In this document: positions 1-13,000 of the stretch, piece after piece
How the letters are laid out: every line of letters starts with the position of its first letter
Numbering within the stretch: position 1 is the stretch's first letter
Origin: Thecamonas trahens ATCC 50062
Lineage: Eukaryota > Protista > Apusomonadida
Direction of reading: 5' to 3'
NCBI RefSeq assembly: GCF_000142905.1
Contig: NW_013657676.1
Span: 186,001 to 250,000, forward strand
DNA: 64,000 bases
The notes under the pieces: model-generated
What the model saw: only the letters and a program-made list of their open reading frames with translations
What the model was told of the DNA's origin: nothing
Database searches by the model: none
Translations under genes and position numbers: made by a program

Positions 1-300
1 CTTGGCCGCTGCGTGCGCAACTTTGACGACAAGGTGTGGAAGGCCGAGTGCCTAGCGATTGTCGAGGCCGGGAATGTGGCCAAGTTCTCACAGAGCGAGG
101 AGCTTGCCGCTGCGCTCCTGGCCACGGGCACGCGGACCATTGCCGAGGCCTCTCCCTACGACAAGATCTGGGGCATCGGTCTCGCGCCCAACGACCGCCG
201 CGCGCTCTCGCGTAAGAACTGGCGCGGCAGCAACTTGCTGGGCAAGGCTCTGATGGCGGTCCGGCGCCAGCTCGCCGTTGCTCGCGGGCTTGAGCTGTAG
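1..300 (+). CDS. NADAR/YbiA-family protein (5'-partial)
   Basis: Frame is open from base 1 (LGRCVRNFDDKVW..) to TAG at 298-300; NADAR motifs AKFSQ, LLATG, AEASPYDKIWGIG, WRGSNLLGKALM. Confidence 0.9.
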   Translation, partial: LGRCVRNFDDKVWKAECLAIVEAGNVAKFSQSEELAAALLATGTRTIAEASPYDKIWGIGLAPNDRRALSRKNWRGSNLLGKALMAVRRQLAVARGLEL

Positions 301-403
301 TTGGCTGAGCTGTGGACATACACTCAAAACACGAACGCAGACGGAGCCGGGTGACTTTGATACGCGTCCATGGCGATGGCTGTGGGCTATACACCGTGAG
401 GGC

Positions 404-1369
404 TCACCAGAACTGGGGCTGCTGACGGATGGCAACGGCAACGACGTGGACAAGACGGTTGTAGGCGAGCTGGACGTGCTTCACGCCAGTGAGCTCGTGC
501 CGGAGGCCGTCGGCGGTGTAAAGAACGAGGCCGGTGAGCTTGGAGGAGCACGGCCCACTCGGGTGCGGGAGGCAGATCGGGGCGGCGACCATTGGATCCG
601 GGTTGGCTTCGACCGAGGCACGGGCAAGGTACTGGACCGAGGCGGCCGGGATGATGTACGGGCGCCCGCCGTCGACCTCGGGATCGGGCTTGCCGCCGAT
701 GGCCAACGCAATGTGGCCTTCAAAGATGCAGAGGAAGCCCTTGAGCTTCTCGGTGCCCGAGACGATGTAGGTCTTGTGGACGCCAAGCAGCTGGCAGCGG
801 CGGTCGATGGCAAAGAAGTGGTGCTCGTCGGCATCCGGCGGACGAATCGGGGCCGAAGGCGAGGGAGAGCTGCGGGCCAGGTCCCACATGACGTGCAACC
901 AGTTGGCGAGGGTGACGCCGTCGGACGGCTTGATAAAGGTGTGCATGGTGCCGTCAGCGTAGCACATGCGCAGGGTGTTTGGACCCTCGCCCGGCGGCGG
1001 CGGGCCGACAGCGAGCGAACCCGAAGATGACTCGCCGCGAGCGCAGAAGACCCGCTGAATGGCCTGCAGATCGCGATGCGGCAGGGTGAGCCGGACCTCG
1101 CGGCCGGCCGAGAAGGTGAGGACACAGAGGAAGCGCGGCGTGACATAGACCTGTCCGGACAGGGTGTTAGCGCCCGAAATGAGGGTTGCAGACGAGCCTG
1201 CCAGCATGGGCTCTGCCGCCGGCTCGAGGTGAAACGAGGCCGGCATGTCAGCCGCACTCACCAGTGAGCCAGCCGCCACCTTTGTCTTGGCCGTCGCTTT
1301 GCGGCTCGACTCCATCACCGACGCTGACGCCGTGTTGGCCTTCTCCTTGAGCTTGTTCATGAACCCCAT
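404..1369 (-). CDS. tandem GRAM/PH-like domain protein
   Basis: Likely ATG at 1369 (MGFMNKLKEK), just downstream of a (CA)n tract. Two GRAM-like segments: SGQVYVTPRFLC..LTLPHRDLQAI and KGFLCIFEGHIAL..IIPAASVQYL. Confidence 0.6.
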   Translation of the reverse strand: MGFMNKLKEKANTASASVMESSRKATAKTKVAAGSLVSAADMPASFHLEPAAEPMLAGSSATLISGANTLSGQVYVTPRFLCVLTFSAGREVRLTLPHRDLQAIQRVFCARGESSSGSLAVGPPPPGEGPNTLRMCYADGTMHTFIKPSDGVTLANWLHVMWDLARSSPSPSAPIRPPDADEHHFFAIDRRCQLLGVHKTYIVSGTEKLKGFLCIFEGHIALAIGGKPDPEVDGGRPYIIPAASVQYLARASVEANPDPMVAAPICLPHPSGPCSSKLTGLVLYTADGLRHELTGVKHVQLAYNRLVHVVAVAIRQQPQFW

Positions 1370-1375
1370 GATGAG

Positions 1376-1377
<2 letters not shown>

Positions 1378-1439
<62 letters not shown>

Positions 1440-1444
1440 TGTGT

Positions 1445-1490
<46 letters not shown>
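1378..1490. repeat. (GT)n microsatellite
   Basis: Near-perfect GT dinucleotide run with two AT interruptions. Confidence 0.95.
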
Positions 1491-1492
<2 letters not shown>

Positions 1493-1738
1493 TGTGGCGG
1501 TGAGGTGGGTGTGGCGGTGAGTTGGGTGTGGTGGTGGTGAGTGTGGTGATGGTGGTATGGTGGTGCTGCTGGGCAAGTGCCTGTCCATGCCGCCATCGGC
1601 TGCTCTGTTGCGAACAGCGGCAACGATTGGCTACCGACCCGGCGGCACTGCCATGCCGGCTCTGCAACCATGCATGCCGCCGATGCCAGAGATGCCAGTG
1701 ATGCCTCTCTCTCTCTCTCTCTCCTCCTCCCCTCCCCC

Positions 1739-1838
1739 NNNNNNNNNNNNNNNNNNNNNNNNNNNNNNNNNNNNNNNNNNNNNNNNNNNNNNNNNNNNNN
1801 NNNNNNNNNNNNNNNNNNNNNNNNNNNNNNNNNNNNNN
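1739..1838. other. assembly gap (100 N)
   Basis: N run. Confidence 1.
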
Positions 1839-1886
1839 CCCCCACACACACACACACACGCACACGCACACTCACCTCCATCGCAG

Positions 1887-4017
1887 CTTCCTCCACGCCC
1901 GCTTTGAGCTCGACACGACGGCTGGCGTCTTTTCCGTTCACAGAGTTGTCGATGACGATGAGATTGTTGCCGATGACGACGACAGCGGCATCGGCGAGCT
2001 CGAGTTCCCCTGCGAGCCGGCCTTTGCCCCGACCCGATTCGATCCGGTCGATGGCGAGCCGCCAGCCGTGTGCTGGTCGGTCCCGACCGGTGCTCCGTCC
2101 TCTCCTTACTTTCATCCGCCGTTCTACTTTGTCCCGGCTGTCTCTACCGATGTCGATCGGCTGGTCGCCGGCGTGTCGTCGGCGTGCGCTGCGGCGCCGT
2201 CCCCACAGCCCGCCTCGCCAGTTCCGCCGCTGACTCCTGCCTCCCCGTCCACCGCCGCCGCCACCGCCACTGCCACCCCCACCCCCACAATCGACGCGCC
2301 CGGAGAGCTCGTCAGCACCTTCTCCGGTCTCACGCTCTACGTGATGGAGCACGGCTCGGCCGGCGGCGGCGACGACGACGACGCCTACTTTTCGGTCCGA
2401 TTCCCCGCCGCCTCGGTCGGCATTTACGCCACCGGCAAGTTCGAGGCTTCACTTGGCGTCGCCGACGGCGACTCGGTCGATGCTGGCCTCGCGTATGTCT
2501 TTCCGATCTGCCCAGCCATGCATTTTGGCTACGACGCCGAGGCAGACGCTGTCATGTTTGCCTCGCACTTTGACGGCCGCACTTACACCTGGTCGCTTCG
2601 AGTCACCGAGGGCTGCAGCGGAAGCACAGACGCGCTCCGCGCAGCGCTCACACGTCATCTGTGGGAAGCACAGTCGCTCCGCAAGTGGAGCTCGCTCAAG
2701 GATGCAGACAAGGCCTGGATTCTGCGGATGATGACTGGTGAAGGCGAGGGAGCGCCAAGCGCTGCCTCCCGCACCGAGTCTGCGCTCTTTGATCTCGACG
2801 ACGACGACCTCGCAGACATGGATCTCGCCGCCGACGACGAGTGGGATGCCGATGGCGTCGGCTACGGCATTCGCTCATCGGCTGCTGCCCGCCGGGCCAC
2901 GGGCGTTTTTGACGTCGAGTCGGACGCCGGCGGCTTCTACGCCTCGCCTCGCAAGACTGCCGCTGCGCCCGGCGACGACGCCGAAGGCGATGTCAATGCT
3001 CTCCTTGAGCTGGGCATGGCGTCCTCGCGGGCTTTTGTGGGTCGCGGGAGCTCGGTTGGCGTCTTTGGCCTCACCGCCGACGACGACCTCGAGTTTTCGG
3101 CCGCCATCGACGGCCTGGCCTACCTCGACGGCACGCCGCTCGTCGCTGCCCAAATGATGCTCCACGACCGCGACGACTCGATGCTCATGGTCTCGCCAGT
3201 CCGTCCGGACCGTGTCGCGCGAGTCGATCTCCACCGCGGCGCCGTCGTCGACGAGTTCACCTCGTCGCCCGATCCCGAGCTCGCCACCCGGGTCCGTCGC
3301 CTCGCGCCGAACACCAAGTTTGACTCAGACGCCACCTTTGTTGGCCTTAACAAGCTTGGCCTCTTCCGCATGGATCCGCGACTGCCGTCAGGCTCGCAGC
3401 TGGTGCCGGACCACGGCTACACATTCAAGCCGACGTCCAAGCCGCTGCTCTCGTGCATCGCTGCCACCGCCGACGGTGGCTATGCCGTTGGCTCGGACCG
3501 CGGCGAGGTCCGCCTCTTTGCTCCGGGTGCTGGCATCGGCAAGCGGCCGAAGACCACGTTCCCTTCGGTCGGCGCGCCCATCACCGCCCTCGACGTCACC
3601 GCCGACGGCGCCTTTGTCCTCGCCACCACCGCCACCTTCCTTGCTCTCCTGCCGACCCTCCACCCCGAAGTCCGTGGCGCCACCGGATTTACCAAGCCAC
3701 TTGGCAAGTCCAAGCCTGCTCCCATCCAGCTCTACCTCCTTCCGCAGCATGTTGCGCTCTTTGGCGGATCCATCAGCTTTACCCCCGCTCGCTTCGACGT
3801 CTCTACCGCATCGGGCTCCCACGAGCGTGTCATCGTCGCCTCCACCGGCCCGTGGGTCATCACTTGGTCGCTTGCCCGCGTTGCCCGCCGCGACGTCGAG
3901 TCTTACACCTTTATGCGCGCCGATGACGTCGTCACCGCCTCGTCCTGGCTCCCGTCGTCCACTTCGTCATTCATTGTCACCGAGCGCAACGACGTCAAAG
4001 TTGCCCACAAGCAGTAA
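1887..4017 (+). CDS. VID27: VID27/CYPRO4-family protein (last exon; 5' exon in or before the gap)
   Basis: The 2068 frame stays open upstream to an acceptor CGCAG (AG 1885-1886) with CTCAC at 1871. VID27 C-terminal propeller motifs: MMLHDRD, RVDLHRGAVVDEF, FVGLNKLGLFRMDPRL, AVGSDRGEVRLF, PITALDVTADG, FTPARF, IVASTGPWVITWS. Confidence 0.85.
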
Positions 4018-4085
4018 CAACTCACTCCCCCCCCCCCCCCCCCCCTCCCCCTCTCTCACACACCCTCTACCTACCTCCAGCCGCC

Positions 4086-7000
4086 ATGGATGGCGACCAT
4101 GCCCTCCGGTTCGACGACGTCGTCGTCCTCCACCTCCACAACTCAGACACCTCGTCGGCTGGCCTCGGCCTCAACACCTCGACAGCTTCCGCCGAGCCCG
4201 AGACCGCCGGCGTCCTCTCGGCGTCGGTCGTCGACGCCGACGCGCCGTATCTGGACCCACGCGCTGACCCAGACTCGTTCGAGTACGCTCATCTCTTCCG
4301 GATCCGCGCCTCGCTCCGCTTCGGTGCTCTTCACGCCTGGCTCGCCGCCCGCGATCGCGGCGGCTCGGACCGCGCTGGAGTCAACATGGCCCTCCTCTAT
4401 GAGAACATGCGCTATGAGGCCCAGTTCAACGCCGGCGAGATGGACCGGACGGCAGGCCGCCCGCTCCGCTACGGAACCCCTATCCAGCTACAGCACGTCC
4501 TCTCCGGCAAGTTCATCGGCCGCCAGGGCGCCTCGTACGAGCTGGTCCTCGTCGACGAGGCCCACGCCGCGTCCGTCTTTACCCTCGCCTCCAAGTACCG
4601 TATTCGCCAGGACGACGACTTGGTTTTCGTTGGCGATCCCATCGGCCTGTACAATAACCTTGGTCAATGGCTCAATGCCGACACAGACTCGGCCCTCAAC
4701 CTCCACGGCATGGTCTCGCTCCGCGTCGGCGGCGGCTTTGCCTTTTGGCATCCGCGCCTCTTCTCCACCACTCCGCCGTCCACTTCTCATGACGATTCCC
4801 GTTTGGCTTCTGCTCCGCTGTCGTCGACTTCCACCCGCAGCGATCGGCAGACCCCATTCTCGCTCCGCGCCATCGACGAAGCCGGCGCCGAGGCGCACGG
4901 CCACGCCTCGTCCGGCGATCCTCACCTCACCCTCGGCAACGTTGTCCAGCTCTACAACATCGAGCACGAGGGCTTTCTCGCGGTCGAGGCCTTTCTCGAC
5001 TCGGGCTCGGAGCTTGTCTGCGTCCACGCTCACCCGTCGCCGTCGTCAAAGGCCTCGGCCGACGTCACCCTCAATGCCAACACGCTGTGGCTGCTCGAGC
5101 TGGTCGAACCATTCTCGCGGCCCGTACTTCTTGCCTCCAATGGTCGCATCTGTTACCGGCTCCGCCATCTCCGCTCTGGCTCGTATCTGGCCATTGCCGA
5201 CGACGAGCCCATCGACCTTGAAAACGACGGCGCCACCCTCCACTGGCTCTTCCGCGACGAGCGCGCCTTCCCCGACCTTGTCACCGCCGTCACCGATCCG
5301 ACGGATGCCGGCGACGCCGCCATTTTCTTTATCGACCGCATTGCCGACGCCGCCGCCCCGCTGCGCCTCGACGACGCCGACCTCCTTGACTTTGGCAACC
5401 GCGTCCTCCTCCGCCACGCCTCCTCCGGCTCGGTCCTGGCTACCATGACCCGTGCCGTCCACCAGATGCGTGAGAACGACGTCATGTTTCCGAACACCGC
5501 TGCGGCATCGACCGCCGCGGCCGCGGCCGCTGGAGCCGCTGCCTCGGCCCGTGCTCGCGCCGCCGTCATGGCCGCCGTCCGTGGCGCCGCAACCCTCGGT
5601 ATCTCTGACCCAACCTCGGCCCGTGTCTCTGCCGCTGTAGCCTCGCGCATCCTCCGCTATCCGCTCCAGCCTTCCCCGTTCAAGCGCTCCTCGCGCGCCC
5701 TGGTCAACTCCTTCCAGCTCCGCGCCGTGCCCGAGCTCCTCTTTCGCCTTGCCGCCCTCCTCTCCGCCGTCCGCGCCGCGCAGGCCGACTACCTTGCGCT
5801 CTGGCGCAACCAGGACTTTTTGCCTACCCCGCGCCAGCTGCGGCCACTCTGGATTGCGCTCCGCTCGCTCGTCTCCATTCTTCGTGAGCCACAACGCCTC
5901 GTCCACCAGGGCTCCCGCATCGGTCCCATCTCGTCCGCCACCACCGACTCGGCCCTCCGCGAAGCCGGCTTTTCCTCCCTTGCCCACCTCCGCCAGCAAA
6001 TCCAGCGCTTTGTGGGCGAGTTTGGCATCATCCGCCTCGCCCTGGACATGCTCTCGGCACCCTTTACTGAGCTCGCACCCACAACCTCAGTCATTACCGT
6101 CTCGCTCGACGATCTCGCCTTGCCGGCCTCGCTGTACGTTTTGAGACTTCGCGTCTCGCCAATTCGCTCCTCATCCACGCAGTCAAGGACAACATCTACA
6201 ACGCCGCGTTGGTCTTTCCCATGTTTGACGCTCTCATCGCCCTCCTCGGCTACGACCTCAACACTGCAGCCACACTCGCCCACGTCTTTGACCGCAACGA
6301 GCTCCTTCTCCACGCCATATCTCCCGACCACGTCACCCGCTTTGTCGCTCTCCTGGACAAGCGATCCGCGTCTCCAGACTCGCGCTTTGTCCTCCGCCGC
6401 TACCTCCGCCTCCTTTCGTCTATCACCGTTTTTAACGGCCGCGGCGTGCTTGCTAATCAAGAGCTTGTCACCAACTCGCTCGTTGTCAATGCACCGCACC
6501 TCCTCATCCGCTTTACTCAGCCCGGAGGTGGCCGCCCGGCCCTCGCTTGGCTCGGCGACACCTCGATTTCGCTTACAGAGCTCGATACCCGCGCAGACTT
6601 TGCCCCCCAGCGCGAGTACCTCGTTGCCCAGCTCGAGCTGTTGGCTAATCTCGTTCACTCGCGTTCACACTTTATCTCCACCGTGGTTCAGACGGTTGTC
6701 CCGTTCCCGCTCGTCTTTTCAGTTGTCTCCTCGCCTGACTATTCTTACCCGCTCCGTGCAGCCTTTCTCCGCGTTCTCCACCACGCTTACGTCGACGTCG
6801 ATCCTTTTCATGCCATCCCGCTCCTCCAGCCAATCCATATTTGGTCTTCGCTTGCTCTGGACGCGACCGATGACTCGGGCACTGGCTCGAGCGCCGCATC
6901 CGAATCCTTGTCCGAGGCTGGAGGCGAGTCGGCGGCCCCGCCCGCCACCCGCTTCTCAGCCACCGGCGCATGGGCCTCGTACGCTCGCCAGGGACGCGAC

Positions 7001-10000
7001 CGCATCGAGCGAAACCCGCAGCTCAAGGCCGTCGAGACCATGGTTCTCCGCCAGCTCGGTGCCATCGGCGCCGCCTACGGCGCTGAAAACCACCCTTTCA
7101 ACACCTCGGGCTATAAGACCTCTGCAGCTGGCATTGATGCCTACTCGCCATCAAGCGTCGACGAAGCCGGCTTTACCACCTTTGTCCTCGCCATGCTTAT
7201 GCTCCTGCATCTCATGCTCAAGTTTGGCCTGTTCCGTGACCACACCCACCGGCTTCACCTAGTTCAAGCACTGCTACCGCTGCTGGAGCGTGCGACGGCC
7301 CAGAGCTCTGACGAGACACACTCGTCGGCCGACGCGGCCGACTCGCCCTCGGCCGAGTTCTCCGACGTCGACTCGTATGCCTCGTCGGCCACGACCTCGT
7401 CGCCCTCCCACCGATCGGCCTACGATGTGGTTGGCTCATGCGATCCCGTCGCTGTCCCCGACGCCGACGACCACGAAGTCGGTGTCTCTGCTGACCTATT
7501 TGACATCGCCTTTGACCACAGCCAGATCCTCGACTCGCACGGCACCGTGGGCAGTTCCGAGACCGCGTGGTCCTTTGTCCGCCAGGCTATCCTTGTCCTC
7601 TTTGACGCCGTCCACGAGCTCGAGGTCTCAGCCTCACTCTCCGGCCTCCTCACTCTCCTCCACACGGCGGTTCGACCGTACATCTCCCGCCTCACCCGGG
7701 TCTTTCAGTCGTCCATTCGTCCCACCATGACCCACGCTGCATCCACAGCCTCACTCACGCTCCACGACATGGCCAACTCGGGTGTGGCCACGGCCATCTC
7801 ACCAACGATCGCCCTCCTCCGCGCCACCCTCGAAGAGCTCCCGCGCCTCGCCGATCTCCTCGACGAGGTCCACATCCGCTCCTCAGGCTTTTTCGACCAG
7901 TCGCCGCTTCTGGCACTCCTCACCGAGCCGGCCACCACGAACGCGCTCTTTGGCATTGTCCTGAACGCCTCGTCAACCCCACTGGTCACCCAAGCCTTTG
8001 GCCTTCTCACATCCTCGCGGACCCATGTGCTCTCGGTTCTCCGCGCTGCCGAGACCACCCAGATCATCGCCCTTCGCCAGAACCGCGAGTCGTTTACCCG
8101 CATCGCTAACCTCAAGTTTGAGCTTGAGGAGCTCCTCACCTCGACCTGGTGCCTCGACGTAGCCAACCGCGTCCTCTACCTCCTCGAGACCGCTGCCTCT
8201 ATGCTTGATCCCAGCTCGCCGCTCTGCTTCTCCCACAAGCAGAATCTCATGCTCTTTCACCACTTTCGCATCCTCCCGCTCATCATGCAAGTCGTTGCCC
8301 TCACCCTCGCCTCACGAGCGCTCTCGGCCAAACTCCGCGCTGAAGCTGTCGAGTCAGCCGCGCGCTCGATGATTCTCGACGTCGACTCACCGCTTGTTCG
8401 TGACGCTCCCGTCCCCGTGCCACCACGAGACGACTCGTACTCGTACATCGAGACCTACGAGCTCGATACCGAGGCCAGCGAACAGCAGGCCTCATCTTCG
8501 GGCCTCACATCGCTCTCGTACTCGGAATACGATGACGATGACGGCGAGTCATACGAGTATGCTCCGCCCTCGCCGGGCGACAACTCGTCGGACTCGCTTC
8601 CCAGCGAGCTGGGCGACTCGATTGCCATGCGGGTCGAGCCGGACGACATAGCGTTGCCGGCGCCGCTTGCTGACCTCACACCGGCCTCGCTCGCTACCAC
8701 ACTCGATACTATCGAGACGCAGCTGCTCATCAGCGCGCTCGAGCTCATTCCGGCGTACTGCGCCGGCTCGCCTGCTGCACAGCAGCTGCTTGTCGGCTAC
8801 GTTGAGCTCATTATGTCGGTTGTAGCCAAGGAGGCTCGCCCCGAGCTCGAGCACACCCGCGTCGCTGTCGACACTGCTGCCGTCGAGGCGCTCGCCTCTA
8901 TCTTTCGCAACAACTTTGGGCTGGCGTCCGAGCTCGACGCCGTCGTCATCCAAGCCTTTGTCGCTTTTGCCGGTTCTGAAGGCACCCGCGCGCCGCGCTA
9001 TCTCCGCTTTCTCCGCGAGCTCACCGTGGTGGTCACCGGCCAGAGTGTATCTGCGCTCAAACGAAACCAGATTCTCATTCTCAACACGCTGTCGATGATG
9101 CCGCCACAGAGCTGGCTTGTCGTTTATGATGGGCCGTGCGACATCGCGCCCGAACTCATTGACGATCCCGAGTCGTCGTTTCATTATCACGTCGAACTCA
9201 TCCACCTTCTTGCAGCCTGTGCCCGCGGCAAGCACCACCTTGCCGAGGTCATCTGCCAGGCGCTCATCCGGCCCGAGCAGGTTGCTGCCGCCATCAGCGA
9301 CGAGGACGCGCCGCCGCAGCTCCGGGCCGCCTACATGGCGCTTTTCCACCATGCGTTTGTAGACACAACCCAGGCTGCACCGCTTGATGCCACAGTGCTG
9401 GTTCTGTCGCATGTCCGCACCCTCATCGCGGCGTCGTGCACGCTTGACGCAACTAATCCACATTCGCTTGTCCACCGGACCATGGTTGCTGCTGTTTTTG
9501 GGACCGCGCTCCCGCTAGTCTACGCGTTCTTCATTCGAGCTTGGTCGTCGTCGCGTGACGTCGGCCCGGTCACCAAGCACCTCCCGCTCCTACGGACCCT
9601 GACCAAGCTCGCGCTGTTTGTCATCGACTTGGGCGACGAGTTTGAGAGCTCCGGTGCCGTGCGCGACCACATGGAGGAGCTTGTACTCGGTGTCCTCCGC
9701 GCCCTCGCGCGCAACGCCATCGTCGACGCCGGCTCGGCCCACGTCATCCACGACGCCGACCGAACCGACGCTGTGCTCGCGCGCAAACCCAATTGGTCCG
9801 CCCGCCTCTTCCAGGGCCTCGGCCTCTTTGACACCGATTCCCGCACCGCTGAGCTTGTCGAGCGCAACTTTGTCGAAGATGCTATCGCTGCTTATCGGAG
9901 CCAGCTGGTGGACTTGGTGGTGGGCATGACTGCGTCTGAGACCGAGTCGACGCCAGCCTGGCTCCGCCGCTTGCGCTGGCTCCGCCGTCGGCGTCGTGGC

Positions 10001-13000
10001 CGCAAGTTTCTCCCTACGCCTGTGCCGGCGCTCACCTCTGCCCCCGGCGCACAGCTCGCTGGCGAGCAGCTCGGCAATGTTGTTAACAGCGGCGTCGGCT
10101 CGCCTTCGCTTCACATGAAGCCGTGGACGCTCCTCATCGAGCTCCTGTGCTCCAAGACCAAGCGCCCGGTCATCCTTCGTCTCATCGAGCTGCTAGACGA
10201 GTTTGAGTCGCGCGGACTTGTCCTTGCCGCCCGCAACGTCGTCCAGGTTCTCATCGACGCCCTCGCCTTTGAGCGCCAGTCTGGCGAAGCGGCAGCCGAG
10301 CGTCCACTCCGCGACGCCTTTGTAGCCGCCGGCGTCATCCAAAAGGCGGTCCAGGTCCTCGGGACGGCGCACTCGCTCCTGGTGGAGCCCACGCTTTGGC
10401 TCGTCATCCGGCTGCTCGAAGGTGGGAAGCGGAGCGTGCAGGACGCATTTTACGACGTTGTCTCATCGCCGAGTACCTCGTTCTTCAAGGTCCTCTCGCG
10501 CATCATTCGCTCGGCGGCGCGAACGCTGGAGGAGGTTTCGTCGGCGTCCGACAGCGTGGCCGGTCTCGGTGCCGACAGCGGCGTTGGCGCCCACACCGCG
10601 ACGCCGGTTCCCGCCGTCGACGCCGACCATGCCACTGGCATCCTCCACTCGATTGCCCAGAGTGACAAGGTCACCCGCAACGCAGCCATTGTCGGCGCTG
10701 CAGACCGGACATGCCCGCATCCACAGGCGGCCACGAGTGCGCACACGCTTGTGGGCCACGTGGTCGTCCTTGTCCAGTGGATGGTCGCCAATCAACACTC
10801 GGGCTTGCAGAATCTGCTCCGCGACCAACCGGGCGCGACACAGCCGACCAATGTGGTCCGCGATCTGATCTCGTTCTTCACCCTGTACGTCGCTTTTCTC
10901 CGGCCGAACAACCTGCTGCTCGCAACCCAGCTCCTGCACACTTTTGCCGAGCTCTGCATGGGCCCATGCTCGGGAAACCAGGAGATCATTTCGGTGACGA
11001 GGCTGTGCAAGGTCGTCAACGAGGTTCTCTCTACCGACACTCTCGCGCTCGTCATGTCGTCGTCGTTCTTTGCTTCGGCCGGCCGCGATGACGCCAACAA
11101 CGCCGACGCACCCGACGACGGCACGGCGTCGGCGGTCCTCTCACTCCCCGACGTCGACGAGGCTCTTCTCCCTGTCTTTGCCGCCTCGCCTCACTTTCTG
11201 GCCGGCCTCGGCCAGATCCGCATGGCCATGGCTGCCGCTGCCGCCGACGAGCTTGCGTCAACAGCAAGCCCGGAGCATGGGATGACCCGCGCCGAAGCCG
11301 AAGCCGACGCCGAGCGCTACCACGCGGTCCAGACCGGCGTTGGTCGCGGTGGCGATGGCGAGCCTGGCGAGGCTGTCTTTGTGGACGTCGGCATCTCGGC
11401 CTTTCGCCCTCAGCCACAAAACGAGACTCTCGAGTCGTCACCGGTCACAGGTGAGAGGAGGGGCGAGGCCGGGCACGCTTCTGCTAGTGACGGCGACGGC
11501 TCTGGCTGCGCCGTGTGGAGTGCCGTCAAGCGGCTCCGGGCCGGTAAGGCCAGCAGCGGCGAGAGTCTGCGCGAGCTGGGTTTGGATCCGGACTCCAGGC
11601 GCCCACGCGATCCGCGGTACGCCCACCTCAACATTGCCGCAGGCGACAATGGCATGGCGCTGTTTGTCGTCGATGACGACGAGGAAAGAGGAGGCGGCGA
11701 CGACGAAGACGACCAAGTTGACGAGTACAATGGCGATCGCCGCGGTACACCAGGGAGCACGCGGGTCAAGGAGGCGCCTGCTGAGCGTCGGCGGCGTCAG
11801 GCGACGCACGTGTACCTGGCGCAGTTGCGGCTTGCGGCGCTCGACACACTGCACGCACTGCTGGAGGGCTCGACTGTCCCGTCGTGGAACGTGGCTGTTC
11901 ACCGGCGGATGATTGACCAGCTCAACTTGGTGCGGTTTGCCGACACAGCGGCAGCTACAGCAAAGCTCTCGCTCTCGTCGCGGAGGGTGTGGGGCGGCGG
12001 GCGACGGATCAAGCTGTGGGAGCGACTCAAGAGTCTGCGCGCCCGCGAGGGCTTCCAGGCCTACATCCTGCTCGCCAAGTTGATGGACTTGGAGCCGCAG
12101 TCGCGCCGGGTGCTGGAGGCGTTGCGGACGCACGACTTGAGCGCATACGTGGCGCTTCGCGGGCGGGTCGAGTACGTCAATGCCGACCGCGAGCTGGAAC
12201 GCCTCTACTTTCGAATTCCGGATCACTGCTTCAACCTGACCAAGGAGCGGTGGGACCGGTTTGTGCTCGACATCGACCGCGACGACGAGAAGCTCAAGGA
12301 CTTTATGGTCAAGTCAGAGGACCTCTCGTTTGAGCTGAAGACCAAGTCTGTCCAGCCGCTTGGCGCCATCGGCCGCTACATTCAGCAGCGCGACTTGTGG
12401 TGGAAAGACATGTCGTTCTGGACGGCGGTTGTCATCAACATCCTCATGATTGCGTTTTGGCGGACGAGCAGCGGCGGTGAGATATCGTACATTGCCGACA
12501 GCGTCCGTGGCGTTATTGTGGCACTGGGTGTGGTGACGCTCGTCACCTCGGGCCTCACCACGATGGCATACCTGATGTCGCTCGGCCCGCTCATCTTGTA
12601 CAAGTCGTGGAAAAGTGAGGAGCCCGTGGTCGAGTTTGACGAGCGCGAGCGGAACGTGTGGTTTGTGCTCAAGTCGACGCTCTTCCTCCTCCGCAACTCA
12701 CGGTGTCTCTTCTACGTAGCGTACTTTGTGACGGCGCTCCTTGGCCTTGCCGTCTCGCCGTTCTACTTTTCATTCCACTTGCTCGACATTGTCAACCGGT
12801 CTGCGACGCTGCGGTCGGTCATCCAGTCTGTGACGCTTAATCTGGCCTCCATTGTCTTTACAGGCGTGCTCGGCATGCTCGGCATCTACTACTACGCCAT
12901 TGTGGGCTTCAACCTCATGCGCGACGACTTTGTGCTCGAGGGCTCACGGTATTGCGACTCGCTCGCGCTGTGCATTGTGACGGTGGCGAACCTCGGGCTG

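Noticed and set aside
404-1588. His-Thr (HTHT) or Cys-Val repeat N-termini on several ORFs (also 28550, 41999, 50431)
   Set aside because: These are translations of (CA)n/(GT)n/(CAC)n promoter microsatellites; better ATGs lie downstream.
6134-6182. GTACGT..CGCAG 49-nt intron as an explanation for the IP3R frame change
   Set aside because: A 3n+1 length leads to the wrong frame and would delete residues that align to IP3R; adding one T fits without gaps.
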